Origin: an uncultured Azospirillum sp.
Lineage (GTDB): Bacteria > Pseudomonadota > Alphaproteobacteria > CACIAM-22H2
Assembly: GCA_964416335.1 (NCBI GenBank)
Contig: CAYQDN010000004.1
Span: 64,518 to 128,517 of the forward strand
Length of the DNA: 64,000 nucleotides
Direction: 5' to 3'
Shown here: in pieces, positions 48,738-58,964 of the stretch
How the letters are laid out: every line of letters begins with the position of its first letter
How positions within the stretch are numbered: the first letter of the stretch is position 1
Translations under genes and position numbers: made by a program
The notes under the pieces: model-generated
Told to the model about the DNA's origin: nothing
The model's database searches: none
The model's input: only the letters and a program-made list of their open reading frames with translations

Positions 48738-49571
48738 ATGAGCCACATGGACCCAGCTGAAAACCACGGGAAGTTTCACCGCATGCCGGCCCATTTCGGA
48801 CCTTCTTGTGGTCCGAGGCAGTTCCCGGTCGGAAAATTGGCAGATCACCGAAACTCGCCTAAGAAGCTCGCCGCCGCCGTCAGTTTTCTGACAACGCCGA
48901 AAGCGCTTCAGCGCATTTTGCCACCAAATTTTGTTTTACGGAGTGAACCAGTGGTAACAGCAGAGATCAGTTACCTCACCGAGATCGACTGGCTCGCCGG
49001 CCGAGGTTATGCGACGTTCGGCATCCGATTTCCGGCGACATACGAAGGCAGCCGCGACAAGGTCAACGGAATGTTCCTGTCCGTTCTTTGGGAGAATCTC
49101 GCTGATCCCATTATAAGCGGCCGCGAAGAGCTCGGCTTTAGCAAGGTGTACTGCGATATCGCTGACCCTCGTCGGTCGGGGGCAAAATTATCGATCGACT
49201 GCGCTTGGCAGGGATTTCGCTTCTTCAACATGGAACTGGAGGAGTTGCAAGATGCGCCGCCGTTATTGGCGGCCGATCCTGAGAATGCCGGCTTGCTGCA
49301 TTGGAAATACATTCCGCGTACTGCCTCGCCCGGCCAGGCGGACGTCACCTATGCGACACTCACGCCAAGCGCTAACCCCCTTGTGACGGTGGAGCAGCGC
49401 CAAACAGCGAAAGGGCGCTTCGAGTTCCGAAAAACGAGATGGGATGATATGCCGACGCAGTTCCAGATCGTAAATGCACTTTGCGATCTCGAGCTTCTTG
49501 AGTTCCGCGGCGCGAGCCTGACCCGCTCTCGAGGCGGAAAGGATCTCGGCGATCAACGGATTCTCGTTTGA
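48738..49571 (+). CDS. hypothetical protein (possible acetoacetate-decarboxylase-like fold)
   Basis: 277-aa ORF with a size and beta-rich composition compatible with the ADC family. No decisive motif was found. Confidence 0.35.
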   Translation: MSHMDPAENHGKFHRMPAHFGPSCGPRQFPVGKLADHRNSPKKLAAAVSFLTTPKALQRILPPNFVLRSEPVVTAEISYLTEIDWLAGRGYATFGIRFPATYEGSRDKVNGMFLSVLWENLADPIISGREELGFSKVYCDIADPRRSGAKLSIDCAWQGFRFFNMELEELQDAPPLLAADPENAGLLHWKYIPRTASPGQADVTYATLTPSANPLVTVEQRQTAKGRFEFRKTRWDDMPTQFQIVNALCDLELLEFRGASLTRSRGGKDLGDQRILV

Positions 49572-50428
49572 TGAACAAACGAGAAGAACCATTCGACTGG
49601 CAAACCGCGTCAGCCAGCGAACTCGAGCTGCAATTCAATCCGCGTGCTGCAGTGCCGGATTTCGAGTCGTACCTCGGTGCGTGGGCGGATCTTGGCAAGC
49701 GAGCTCGCGCGGAACATGTCTTTGAGGCCAACATTCGGTACGGCAAGGGCGCTCACCAATTGATTGATATCTTTCCCGGCGCCGAGAGCGGACCAGCTGT
49801 GGTCTACGTTCATGGCGGGTTTTGGCGTGCGCTGTCGAAAGACGCATTTTCTGGCGTCGCGGGTACGCTGTCTCGATTTGGCATCACAACTGCGATTGTC
49901 GGGTATGACCTTTGTCCGGAAGTGACGTTGGACCGACAAATCGATGAGATCGGGGAAGCGCTCGATTGGTGCTTTGAACATCTCGCATCGTACAATGTAG
50001 ACACCTCGCGCTTGTTTCTTGCCGGGTCGTCCGCGGGCGCGCATTTATTGGCGACGAACCTTTTCCGATCCGTCGAGCGGTCGAAGCGCTACGCCGGAGC
50101 TTGCCTCTCGAGTGGAATTTACGACGTACGCCCTGTTATGCGGATCTCGGTGAACAGAGATATCGGCCTCGACGAGGCTTCAGCGGAGCGGAACAGCCCG
50201 TTGCTGCAGATTAGTAAGATATCCACACGGCTAGCGATTGTCGTAGGTGGCGCGGAATCCCCAGCATGGATATCCCAATCGCGCGAGCTAAAGCGTATAT
50301 GCGATTCGGCAGGTTGCGATTCACGCCTGATCGTCGTTCCGAACGCTCATCATTTCTCGGTAGGGCTTGGGCGGCCGGGATCGGAGGCCACCAACGCTAT
50401 GCTCGATCTTATGGGGTTCCACGCATAA
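49568..50428 (+). CDS. alpha/beta-hydrolase (esterase / arylformamidase-like)
   Basis: HGGFW oxyanion motif and the nucleophile elbow GSSAG. Confidence 0.75.
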   Translation: MMNKREEPFDWQTASASELELQFNPRAAVPDFESYLGAWADLGKRARAEHVFEANIRYGKGAHQLIDIFPGAESGPAVVYVHGGFWRALSKDAFSGVAGTLSRFGITTAIVGYDLCPEVTLDRQIDEIGEALDWCFEHLASYNVDTSRLFLAGSSAGAHLLATNLFRSVERSKRYAGACLSSGIYDVRPVMRISVNRDIGLDEASAERNSPLLQISKISTRLAIVVGGAESPAWISQSRELKRICDSAGCDSRLIVVPNAHHFSVGLGRPGSEATNAMLDLMGFHA

Positions 50429-50465
50429 CGCTGCGGAATCGTCGCTAAACGACCGATGTGATCGA

Positions 50466-51476
50466 CTACTTAATCGCAATCGGATTAATTGGCGCACCGA
50501 CCGCGCCTGTCATGGGGATTGGTGAAGCGACAAATTGAAAGTCGTATTGGTGATCCTCTGCGCAGTCGGCCGCGAGTCCCTCCAAATCGAATATTTCACC
50601 GAGCAACAATCCCATGTAGACAAGCGCCACGATGTGGAATGGCTGAAACACATCGGCAGCCTGATTTGGGCGAACTTCGGCACCCCAGGTGTCGGTTGCA
50701 ACGCCGGCAAGATCGTTGTGCCGGATCCACCGAGCAGCGTCGAGCGCCAGGCCGGGTGCGTCCCCGCCGGCAAACTCGCCCCACCGATTTGCCGCCCGGC
50801 ACATTCCGACAGCACCTGTCCGGACGAGAACGATATCGCCAGGCCGAATCTCCACACCTTGGTCTTTTGAGCATTTCTCCAGATGTGCCGCGCCGATAGC
50901 TTCGCCGGGCTCGAGCCAATCGCGGCCGTACCAACGTGCGATGTCGAGCAGAACGCCTCTTGTCGAAATTCTGTCTTTCCACACCTCGATCCCACAATGT
51001 GTGGTTCCCCAGCTTGCAACGCACTCGGCGCCGAAGCCGTTGTACATTTTTCCGTCGTGCATGCAGTGAGCGAGGGCGTCCCACTGTGTTCCCGCTTGCG
51101 ACGGCAAAATCCAGACGTCGTCGGTGAAGCGCGAGTGGCATTCGCAGGCGTATCGCGGAAGACGACGGATCGCGCCCGAAGCGATGTCGCCGCCGTCCCG
51201 GGTCATGAAAAGCATTGGATTGAAGCGCTGCGTCAATCCGGTTTGGGGCCCCTTCTGATCGAAGGGGACGGCAAGGGAAAACTGCTTGCCGCTACGCACG
51301 CTCGCCGCACCCTCTCGAACTTTAGCTGGCGTGATCAGATTGACCGTGCCGATTTGATCCTCCGCCCCCCAGCGCCCCCAATTGGAGAGTTCTTTCGAAA
51401 AGGCGAGAACGTCGGCGATGCCGAGCGTCACATTGGCGCTGTCTTTTGTGCTGGGAAGCTTCATATCCGATTCCAT
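50466..51476 (-). CDS. cyclase-family protein (kynurenine-formamidase-like)
   Basis: NWGRWGAEDQIGTVNL start region and His/Asp-rich metal-site residues, typical of putative cyclases. Confidence 0.65.
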   Translation of the reverse strand: MESDMKLPSTKDSANVTLGIADVLAFSKELSNWGRWGAEDQIGTVNLITPAKVREGAASVRSGKQFSLAVPFDQKGPQTGLTQRFNPMLFMTRDGGDIASGAIRRLPRYACECHSRFTDDVWILPSQAGTQWDALAHCMHDGKMYNGFGAECVASWGTTHCGIEVWKDRISTRGVLLDIARWYGRDWLEPGEAIGAAHLEKCSKDQGVEIRPGDIVLVRTGAVGMCRAANRWGEFAGGDAPGLALDAARWIRHNDLAGVATDTWGAEVRPNQAADVFQPFHIVALVYMGLLLGEIFDLEGLAADCAEDHQYDFQFVASPIPMTGAVGAPINPIAIK

Positions 51477-51496
51477 TGTTCAGTGTTGATTGTCAA

Positions 51497-52612
51497 CTAT
51501 GTGTCTTCGACGACGATTACGTCCGATGCCGCTAACCCTATGCGAAGTGTCGCTCCGGTGGTCGGAAGCGTCGCCAGCTGCGGATCTCGAGCTCCGACGC
51601 GGACGGCGATTTCAGTTCCATTATCAAGTGCGAGATGAATGAGAACCGAATCGCCTTGGTAGACTGCATCAATCAGTTTGACGCTTATTGCATTGACGGC
51701 GGGGTCAGTATCGCTGACACGAAGGCACAGGCGTTCTGGCCGCACGATAAGGCAAGGACTAGATATGCTTTTGTCGAAAGACTTGGCCATCGCGAGAGGC
51801 CTGCCGTTCAATAGAACGTTGTCACCCCGCCGCTCTAATGGAAGCACGAAGGATTCACCGATAAAAGTGCCGACAAATCGAGTGTTCGGGGAATCGTAGA
51901 TCTCTACGGGCGATCCAACTTGCGCGATTTGACCGTCCTTCATGACGGCTATTCGGTCCGACATTGTCAGAGCTTCACGTTGGTCGTGAGTCACATAGAT
52001 CGTCGTTACGCCAAGACGTTCATGAAGCCGCCGTATTTCGATTTGCATAGCCTCCCGCAGGTTCTTGTCGAGCGCGGATAATGGTTCGTCCATCAGCAGA
52101 ACGCGAGGTTCGAAAACGATGCATCGGGCAAGCGCGACGCGCTGGCGTTGGCCTCCGGAAAGAGCGTCGGGTTTGCGGTCACCGACGGTACCTAGTTTGA
52201 CGAGATCAAGTGCCGATTGAACGCGCTCGTTCAGTTCCTTTTTGAGAACGCCGCGGATTTTGAGTGGGTAGCCGACGTTCTCGCTAACTGTCATATGAGG
52301 AAAGAGAGCGTAGTTTTGGAACACGATGCCCACGTCGCGCTTGTGTGGCGGCGTCGATATCATTTCTCTGTTGCCGAACATCAGGCTTCCCGAGTCCGCG
52401 CGGATAAACCCGGCGATCACCATGAGAAGGGTCGTTTTTCCAGATCCCGACGGACCGAGTAGCGTGAGGAACTCCCCGGCGCGCACGTCGAGTGACACGC
52501 TTCTGAGCGCGTGAAACGATCCATATGCCTTTGCAACCCGATCGATCAGGACGGGAGAGGGTTCGTGCGTGGCTGTCATGGCGAGTTGTGGTGTCCCATC
52601 ATTTCGCTTCAC
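51497..52612 (-). CDS. ABC transporter ATP-binding protein (spermidine/putrescine PotA-like, with C-terminal TOBE domain)
   Basis: [36 protein letters not shown] and a C-terminal regulatory domain. Confidence 0.9.
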   Translation of the reverse strand: MKRNDGTPQLAMTATHEPSPVLIDRVAKAYGSFHALRSVSLDVRAGEFLTLLGPSGSGKTTLLMVIAGFIRADSGSLMFGNREMISTPPHKRDVGIVFQNYALFPHMTVSENVGYPLKIRGVLKKELNERVQSALDLVKLGTVGDRKPDALSGGQRQRVALARCIVFEPRVLLMDEPLSALDKNLREAMQIEIRRLHERLGVTTIYVTHDQREALTMSDRIAVMKDGQIAQVGSPVEIYDSPNTRFVGTFIGESFVLPLERRGDNVLLNGRPLAMAKSFDKSISSPCLIVRPERLCLRVSDTDPAVNAISVKLIDAVYQGDSVLIHLALDNGTEIAVRVGARDPQLATLPTTGATLRIGLAASDVIVVEDT

Positions 52613-52799
52613 GGAGGCAAGCCTTAAGTACGACGTGAAGAAGTTTTGAGCGGCCCCGAGCCGTTGGCAAGCGCACTATATGAAATTGCCCGGCGTCCAT
52701 TTTTGTGTCCACCAATATTTTTATCTAGTGAATATAAAGGCTGTTGTATAAAAACTATAAGTATGGTTCTATTTCTCCATTGTCACAGTGGAGGGAAAT

Positions 52800-54032
52800 A
52801 TGGGTTCGGTAAGCGGCCAAAAAATCAAGATATTTCGTCAAAACGGCGATAACTCCCCGTTTCCGATCGCAGTTCGTGCCGGAGACTATATTTTTGCACC
52901 ATGTATCGTAAATTTGAACGGCCAAAATGAACGCCCACTCGATGCACGACCGTCGCGCTACGAGGCTGCGGCGGTACTCACCCGGCTTAAGGGTGTCGTT
53001 GAGCAGGCCGGGGGCAAAGTGTCGGATGTGATCAACCTTTTGCAGCTGTTCTTGGGGCGCGGCCAAACGGCGGGCTATGTCGAAGAACGATTGTTTCATT
53101 TTCCCAGTGGCGTGCCTACGAGCACAGGATCGGGCGGAACCGCTCTGGCGATGCCCGACGGCTTAATCCAGCTCGATGCCGTCGGGATCGTTCCTTCTGC
53201 AGGACGAGAGCTCGAGTATATCGGGGGGACAAGTCCTAGCGCCGGATACTCGCATGCGATTGCCTATGGGGACGTAGTGTACTTCTCCGGTGTTATGACG
53301 AACGCTCCGGAAACCATGCCAAATCCGGCGCATTGGTTTGGGTCGGCCGTGAAGAACGAGATCCGATTCATCATGGAGAAAAAACTCGGACCGATCCTCG
53401 AGCAATCAGGCGTGACGCGTGAGGATATTGCCGTTGCGCACTTCCATCTTCTCGATGCGCCGGCCGATTACGGCGCGTTTCGCGAGGCACTCGACGAGCT
53501 GTTCCCAGGTAGAAAGCCGCTAATAATGATTTCCGCTTCCAGCGGCCTCGGCGCATTACCTGGACGGATCGAGATTACACCAATTGCCGTACGAAACGGC
53601 GGCAAAACGAAGGTTGAGGACATCAAAGTCTCATCGGTCCCGGCCGGAATCGGCGGTGGTCCGCAGGCGCGTCGGGTCGGCGATTTTCTGTACATCTCGA
53701 CGCAAGTCGCCGTGGACACCCAAGGCAAGTTGGCAGAGTCCGTATTCAATCGGCGCCTTATTCATTTCTACGACAAGACCATGTCAGAAACTAACCTGAT
53801 CATTGATCAAATCGAAGCTTTGCTCGCGGCCGGCAAGTGCTCTTCCGCCGATCTGGTCCGGGTCCGGGTCTATGTCAACAACATCAAGGTCGCTCCGTCA
53901 GCGATTGCCGTTATCCGCCGCAGGTTGGGCGAAAACATGCCCGTCTCTCTGGTTGAAGATGCGGGCGCAGGCGGTTGGCTTGGTGATGCGACAGTAAGCA
54001 TCGATGCCGTCGCGCACGCACCGCAGGCGTAA
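52800..54032 (+). CDS. tandem RidA/YjgF-like domain protein
   Basis: Two RidA-like modules. ATG at 52800 is preceded by GGAGGGAAAT. The ORF track starts at a GTG at 52788. Confidence 0.55.
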   Translation: MGSVSGQKIKIFRQNGDNSPFPIAVRAGDYIFAPCIVNLNGQNERPLDARPSRYEAAAVLTRLKGVVEQAGGKVSDVINLLQLFLGRGQTAGYVEERLFHFPSGVPTSTGSGGTALAMPDGLIQLDAVGIVPSAGRELEYIGGTSPSAGYSHAIAYGDVVYFSGVMTNAPETMPNPAHWFGSAVKNEIRFIMEKKLGPILEQSGVTREDIAVAHFHLLDAPADYGAFREALDELFPGRKPLIMISASSGLGALPGRIEITPIAVRNGGKTKVEDIKVSSVPAGIGGGPQARRVGDFLYISTQVAVDTQGKLAESVFNRRLIHFYDKTMSETNLIIDQIEALLAAGKCSSADLVRVRVYVNNIKVAPSAIAVIRRRLGENMPVSLVEDAGAGGWLGDATVSIDAVAHAPQA

Positions 54033-54044
54033 GGGCGTCAAAAA

Positions 54045-55271
54045 ATGCCATTCAGCAGCAACATCGAGGCTATCGCCTACCATCCCCTCGGGGACCGGCC
54101 CGGCTTCAAGTTTGCGATGCAGGAGCACAACCGGCGACTCTATCTTTACGTCGCTCATCTGTGGGAAGCACTAATCTCAGTTGTCGATGTCACCGATCCA
54201 ACCAAGCCGGAGATGCTAACCCAGATTGAAGGGCCTGGAAACACATGGACCCATCAGGTTCAGGTCGCAAACGGCTTGATGATCACCAATTTCGAGCATC
54301 GGATTGCTGGCTGGGGACTCGACCCGGCGGGGCCGTCGCCGGAAGAGGGACTTGCCGTTTGGGACGTTCGGGAGCCGGCGGAGCCGGTTCTCCTTGGGCG
54401 ATGGAAGGGCGGGGCAAGCGGAACGCATCGAAATTTCTACACGGGCGGTCGCTACGTCCATGCGACCGCCGGCAAGAAGGGATGGCGCGGGAAATTCTAC
54501 GTGATCATCGATATAGCCGACCCACGCAATCCGGTCGAAGCCGGTTCGTGGTGGATTCCAGGCCAGAAGGAAGACGAGGAGGTTCAAGAACGATACCGCG
54601 GTAAACACGTCGACCTGCACGGACCGCCTTATGTGGTTGGCGACAAGGTCTATTGCCCATGGTCATCGGCGGGATTGGTCGTCTTAGATATTTCGGATAT
54701 CTCCAAACCGAAGAAGATTTCGCAACTCGACGTCAATCCGCCTCTCGGCAGCCGCATAGCGCTCCACACTGTCGTGCCGTCCGTCGATCCGCGGTTCTTG
54801 ATCATGAACAGCGAGGCATTGCGCGAGCGCTGCGACGAGCCCGTCAACTTCTGCGGAATGGTCGATATATCGAGGATAGAAGAGCCTCGCTTGGTGAGCC
54901 TGTTTCCCACCCCAGAGATGCCGCCAGGATATCCTGCGCGGGACTTCATTGAAAAGGGCGGACGTTTCGGACCACACAACCAGCACCATCATCAAGGTAA
55001 CGATTGTCTGATGCCACCGGACCGATATGTCTACGTGACCTATTTCAACGCGGGTTTGCAGATCTACGATATCTCAAATCCGCACTTTCCGAAGATCGTC
55101 GGATACTACATTCCGGACGATCCAACAAAGCGCCTCGGGCCTCTGCCGGCTGATCTCGTCGCGCAGTTCGAGGATGTGCTTGTCGACCGCAGAGGCTACG
55201 CCTACGTGTCAGAAAAGAACTCCGGGCTTCATATCCTAAGATTCGACGGCCACAAGAATGGTCCGATCTAA
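54045..55271 (+). CDS. beta-propeller (LVIVD-repeat-like) protein
   Basis: Repeated YVxxxxxGLxIxD-like blades (VYVTYFNAGLQIYDIS, AYVSEKNSGLHILRF). Confidence 0.45.
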   Translation: MPFSSNIEAIAYHPLGDRPGFKFAMQEHNRRLYLYVAHLWEALISVVDVTDPTKPEMLTQIEGPGNTWTHQVQVANGLMITNFEHRIAGWGLDPAGPSPEEGLAVWDVREPAEPVLLGRWKGGASGTHRNFYTGGRYVHATAGKKGWRGKFYVIIDIADPRNPVEAGSWWIPGQKEDEEVQERYRGKHVDLHGPPYVVGDKVYCPWSSAGLVVLDISDISKPKKISQLDVNPPLGSRIALHTVVPSVDPRFLIMNSEALRERCDEPVNFCGMVDISRIEEPRLVSLFPTPEMPPGYPARDFIEKGGRFGPHNQHHHQGNDCLMPPDRYVYVTYFNAGLQIYDISNPHFPKIVGYYIPDDPTKRLGPLPADLVAQFEDVLVDRRGYAYVSEKNSGLHILRFDGHKNGPI

Positions 55272-55329
55272 GTGACCTACAATTCGATGTACAAAAATGC
55301 ACTCCTATCCGGAAGAATGGAGAATGACA

Positions 55330-56370
55330 ATGAACAGTATGGTTAGGCTGGGTTTGTCGGCGATGTTTATCGTCGGGCTGAATTGGAGCTATGCCCATGC
55401 TCAAACGGACGTCACTATTGTGACCTGGGGTGGCAATATCGAGCGCGAAATGATGGACGCTTGGTTTCGTCCAGCATCGAAGGGAATGAACGTGCGCCTC
55501 CGCAACGACGTGATCAAAGGTCCCAATGACGTCCATGCGCACGTGGCGTCGGGCAACGTGTTTTGGGATGTAGTCGACGCCGCTTCTGACATGTGCGTAC
55601 GTGGTGGCATGGCTGGCGTCGTCGAGGAACTCGATTTTAATATCATCAAGGCGGACGGTCTACCACCGCAACAGGTTACCAAGTGGTCGGTGCCGTCCAC
55701 AGCCTTCACGATGGTGTTGGCATGGAACAAGAAGACCTATAAGGGCAAGCAACCGCAAAGCTGGAAGGACCTGTTCGACGTTAAGAGTTTCCCTGGAACG
55801 CGGTTTTTTGGCCCATTTGTCAATGCGTCTCTCGAGATTGCATTGCTGGCCGACGGAGTGGCGCCGGAAAATCTCTATCCACTCGATGTGGACAGGGCCT
55901 TCCGGAAGCTGAACGAAATCAAACCAAATATTACCGGGTTCCCAGCCAGTTTCGGCGCAGCCACGCAGCTGATTGTCGATGGCGAAGCCGACATGCTCTA
56001 TTTGCCCGAGAACCGATTGTTCGCGGCTCTTAGAGCAGGGGCCGATTACGGCTACACCTACAATCAAGGCGTCATGAACTTCGATTGCCTCGTGGTTCCC
56101 AAAGGGTCAAAGAACAAGGCTTTGGCGATGCAGATCATCAACAACGTCGTCAGCCCGTCGATAAACGCGGCGATCGTCGAAAGTTCAGGCCTCAGCCCTG
56201 CGAATCTGCTCTCGATCACCCAAGGGCACATTCCGGCGCGCTATCTTCCAGACCTAGCGGTAGCTCCTCAGAACTACTCGAAAATCGTGCAGGCAAACAA
56301 TCAGTGGTGGGCGGAGAACCGCGAGCGACTGAAACTCAACGAGCGATACAACGAGTTTAAAGCCAAGTAG
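55330..56370 (+). CDS. ABC transporter substrate-binding protein (polyamine PotD/PotF-like family)
   Basis: Signal peptide MNSMVRLGLSAMFIVGLNWSYAHA. Family-1 solute-binding fold. RBS GGAG 7 nt upstream of the ATG at 55330. Confidence 0.8.
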   Translation: MNSMVRLGLSAMFIVGLNWSYAHAQTDVTIVTWGGNIEREMMDAWFRPASKGMNVRLRNDVIKGPNDVHAHVASGNVFWDVVDAASDMCVRGGMAGVVEELDFNIIKADGLPPQQVTKWSVPSTAFTMVLAWNKKTYKGKQPQSWKDLFDVKSFPGTRFFGPFVNASLEIALLADGVAPENLYPLDVDRAFRKLNEIKPNITGFPASFGAATQLIVDGEADMLYLPENRLFAALRAGADYGYTYNQGVMNFDCLVVPKGSKNKALAMQIINNVVSPSINAAIVESSGLSPANLLSITQGHIPARYLPDLAVAPQNYSKIVQANNQWWAENRERLKLNERYNEFKAK

Positions 56371-56383
56371 TGATCGTTCGGTC

Positions 56384-57301
56384 ATGACGGCAACTGACCA
56401 GTCACGTCCGGCATTGAGAGACGGCAGCATGCCGCCTCCCAATGCCGACTTGCTTACCGCGTGGGAGCGCCGGGAGGTCGCGGCTCGGGCGTTCCTCGGC
56501 ATGCCCGCCATCATTGTCGTGTTTCTTGCGCTCTTGGTGCCGTTGGCGTGGCTTTTCTATCAGTCTTTCGTTGGTCCCCAAGGCGCAACTCTCGACCATT
56601 ACAAAACCGTCTTCGAGCGGCCGGCTTACTTCGGATACCTTACGACGACGTTCCAGCTCTCGTCGCTTGCGACGCTCTTGTGCGCGATATTCGCCTACCC
56701 GATTTGCTACGCGATGGTGATCCTCCGGTCCTGGTACGGCGCGGTACTTTTCGCATGCGTGATCTGCTCGTTCTTTGCGTCTTACCTGGTGCGCAGCTAC
56801 GCCTGGCTTGTTCTCCTTCAGCGACGTGGCGTCATCAATACGTTCCTGATGGATAACGGCATCATTAGCGAACCTCTACGCTTGGTTTACAATTTCGAGG
56901 GTACGCTGTTCGGAATGGTTCACATTCTGCTTCCGCTGATGGCGTTGCCACTCTATGCGTCAATGAAAGCTGTCGATGGAAGCCTTATGAAGGCGGCAAT
57001 GGGACTCGGCGCCTCGCCATCGCGAGCCTTTCGTGACGTTTTCTTTCCTCTGTCGATCCCCGGCTTACTGGCCGGTTCCGTGATGGTGTTCATTCTGAGT
57101 CTCGGCTTTTACCTTACGCCGGCGATGCTCGGAGGAGGCCGGATTGTCGTTTGGTCCACAGCGATTGCATCCGCTGCTGAGGAAAATCCGGTATGGGGAG
57201 CCGCGAGCGCACTTGGTATGATTTTGCTAGTGATGACGGTCGTGCTGCTCAGACTTCTGAAGAATCTGTTTCGTCTCAAATCCGAATCCGGACGCATCTG
57301 A
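56384..57301 (+). CDS. ABC transporter permease (PotB-like)
   Basis: Six predicted transmembrane helices and the EAA loop MKAAMGLGASPSRAFRDVFFPL. Confidence 0.85.
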   Translation: MTATDQSRPALRDGSMPPPNADLLTAWERREVAARAFLGMPAIIVVFLALLVPLAWLFYQSFVGPQGATLDHYKTVFERPAYFGYLTTTFQLSSLATLLCAIFAYPICYAMVILRSWYGAVLFACVICSFFASYLVRSYAWLVLLQRRGVINTFLMDNGIISEPLRLVYNFEGTLFGMVHILLPLMALPLYASMKAVDGSLMKAAMGLGASPSRAFRDVFFPLSIPGLLAGSVMVFILSLGFYLTPAMLGGGRIVVWSTAIASAAEENPVWGAASALGMILLVMTVVLLRLLKNLFRLKSESGRI

Positions 57302-57302
57302 A

Positions 57303-58115
57303 ATGGACAGCCGGATTGAGACTCTGCCTGAGAAAAGCCGCTTGTGGCTCTACGCGGTCAGCGGTGCCATCGCGATTGCGTTGATTCTTCCCATGCTGTT
57401 GATCGTGCCTATGTCGTTCTCGGATGCAACGTTGATGAGATTTCCACCGAAGCAATGGTCGTTACGCTGGTACGAGAACTATTTCGGTAGCGAAAGATGG
57501 ATCGACGCGACGAAAGTATCCTTCGCGGTTGCGTTCTGGACCGTCGTAATCGCGACGCCTGCAGGTACGTTGGCCGCCTATGCGGTCCGAACGAGCAGCG
57601 GACGTCTCGGCGAGGTGATCTGGGCCATCGTAATGGCTCCGCTCGTTGTGCCGATTGTTCTGCTCGGTATCGGCCTCTATTTCACATATGCGCGGCTCGG
57701 CTTCAATAACACTTACTTGGGATTGGTTCTTGCGCATGCGATGCACGCAGTGCCTTACGTCTTCATCACTATGCACAGTGCTTTTAAAAGCTTCGACATG
57801 AACCAGCCGCGAGTGGCTCAAAGTCTCGGCGCATCGCCTTTCCGCGCCTTTGTCGGCGTGACGCTCCCGCAGCTCAGCTTGTCGCTGTTCTCCTCTGCGT
57901 TTCTCGCATTTTTGGCTTCTTTCGACGAGGTTGTGATTTCGCTCTTCATTTCGGGTGGAACGATTCCGACGCTGCCGAAGCTTATGTTCACTGAACTCAG
58001 GATGTCTCTCGATCCGACAATTTCGGCGGTCTCGTCTCTCATGCTTATGCTTGCGGTCTTGGTGTTGGCATTCACGCAGTTCGTCGCTTACCGCCAGGCG
58101 CGAGCCCGGGCGTAA
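57303..58115 (+). CDS. ABC transporter permease (PotC-like)
   Basis: EAA loop PRVAQSLGASPFRAFVGVTLPQ. Its start abuts the upstream permease stop. Confidence 0.85.
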   Translation: MDSRIETLPEKSRLWLYAVSGAIAIALILPMLLIVPMSFSDATLMRFPPKQWSLRWYENYFGSERWIDATKVSFAVAFWTVVIATPAGTLAAYAVRTSSGRLGEVIWAIVMAPLVVPIVLLGIGLYFTYARLGFNNTYLGLVLAHAMHAVPYVFITMHSAFKSFDMNQPRVAQSLGASPFRAFVGVTLPQLSLSLFSSAFLAFLASFDEVVISLFISGGTIPTLPKLMFTELRMSLDPTISAVSSLMLMLAVLVLAFTQFVAYRQARARA

Positions 58116-58140
58116 AACTGAGTTTTGAAAGGATGTTCGA

Positions 58141-58923
58141 ATGGAATGCACAAAAGGTGCGGATAAAATGACGCGAGCGGACGTGTTTGGGATGATTGAC
58201 GTGTTGGATCCACACTACGCGGGCTTGCTACGGCGCTTTCAATTCGAAATCGACGATATGATCGAGCTTCCGCCAAGACTTGCGCGCCTGTGCAATCTTG
58301 GCGCGGCGGTCGCCCTCCGCTCTCCGGGATTGGCGCGTGAGTATCTCCAGGCCGCGACGACAGCGGGCGCGACGCCGGAGGAGTGCGCCGAAGTCATTTT
58401 CGGATGCACGAGCTTCGCGGGTTTCGCAGCTCTGACAGAGGGGCTTGTCGCATTCCGTGATGTGCTCGGCAACCGTTCGTTCAAAGGTCAGAAGCCCGAG
58501 GACTACCCGATCGGACCTAAAGTCGACGGATATGACAAGCCGTCGCTCGATGTCGGAATCGAAATGTATGGCCCGGTTCGCGCGCGGAGAAATGTTGATA
58601 TGTTCGTTGGCGTCGGCGGCCCTCGGTTTTCTGAGGCTTTGGAGCTCTATGCGTATGGCGGCTTGTTCGCTCGCCGAGTTTTGCCGCCGGTTGACCGTGA
58701 AGTCATTTCCGTTGCGCTGCTGTCCGTGATTGAACGCCCCGGACCGTTTACTTGGCACGCTAAAGCGGCATTGCGGATGGGGGCAAAAGCAGTGGAACTC
58801 AAGCACGCTGTTATCGGTCAGGCCAATATCGCCGGCGTCGTTGTTGTATTCAAAGCACTCGCACTCCTGAATCCGGTGATCGACGATTGGAGAGCGCATC
58901 CGGCGGCCGATAGAGGAATTTAA
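58141..58923 (+). CDS. carboxymuconolactone-decarboxylase (AhpD-like) family protein
   Basis: Two AhpD-like helical modules with Cys/His positions (CNLGAAVAL, CTSFAGF). Family assignment is tentative. Confidence 0.5.
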   Translation: MECTKGADKMTRADVFGMIDVLDPHYAGLLRRFQFEIDDMIELPPRLARLCNLGAAVALRSPGLAREYLQAATTAGATPEECAEVIFGCTSFAGFAALTEGLVAFRDVLGNRSFKGQKPEDYPIGPKVDGYDKPSLDVGIEMYGPVRARRNVDMFVGVGGPRFSEALELYAYGGLFARRVLPPVDREVISVALLSVIERPGPFTWHAKAALRMGAKAVELKHAVIGQANIAGVVVVFKALALLNPVIDDWRAHPAADRGI

Positions 58924-58964
58924 GTCAGTTCATGACTAATATTCAGTCTTAGGAACGTAGGACT

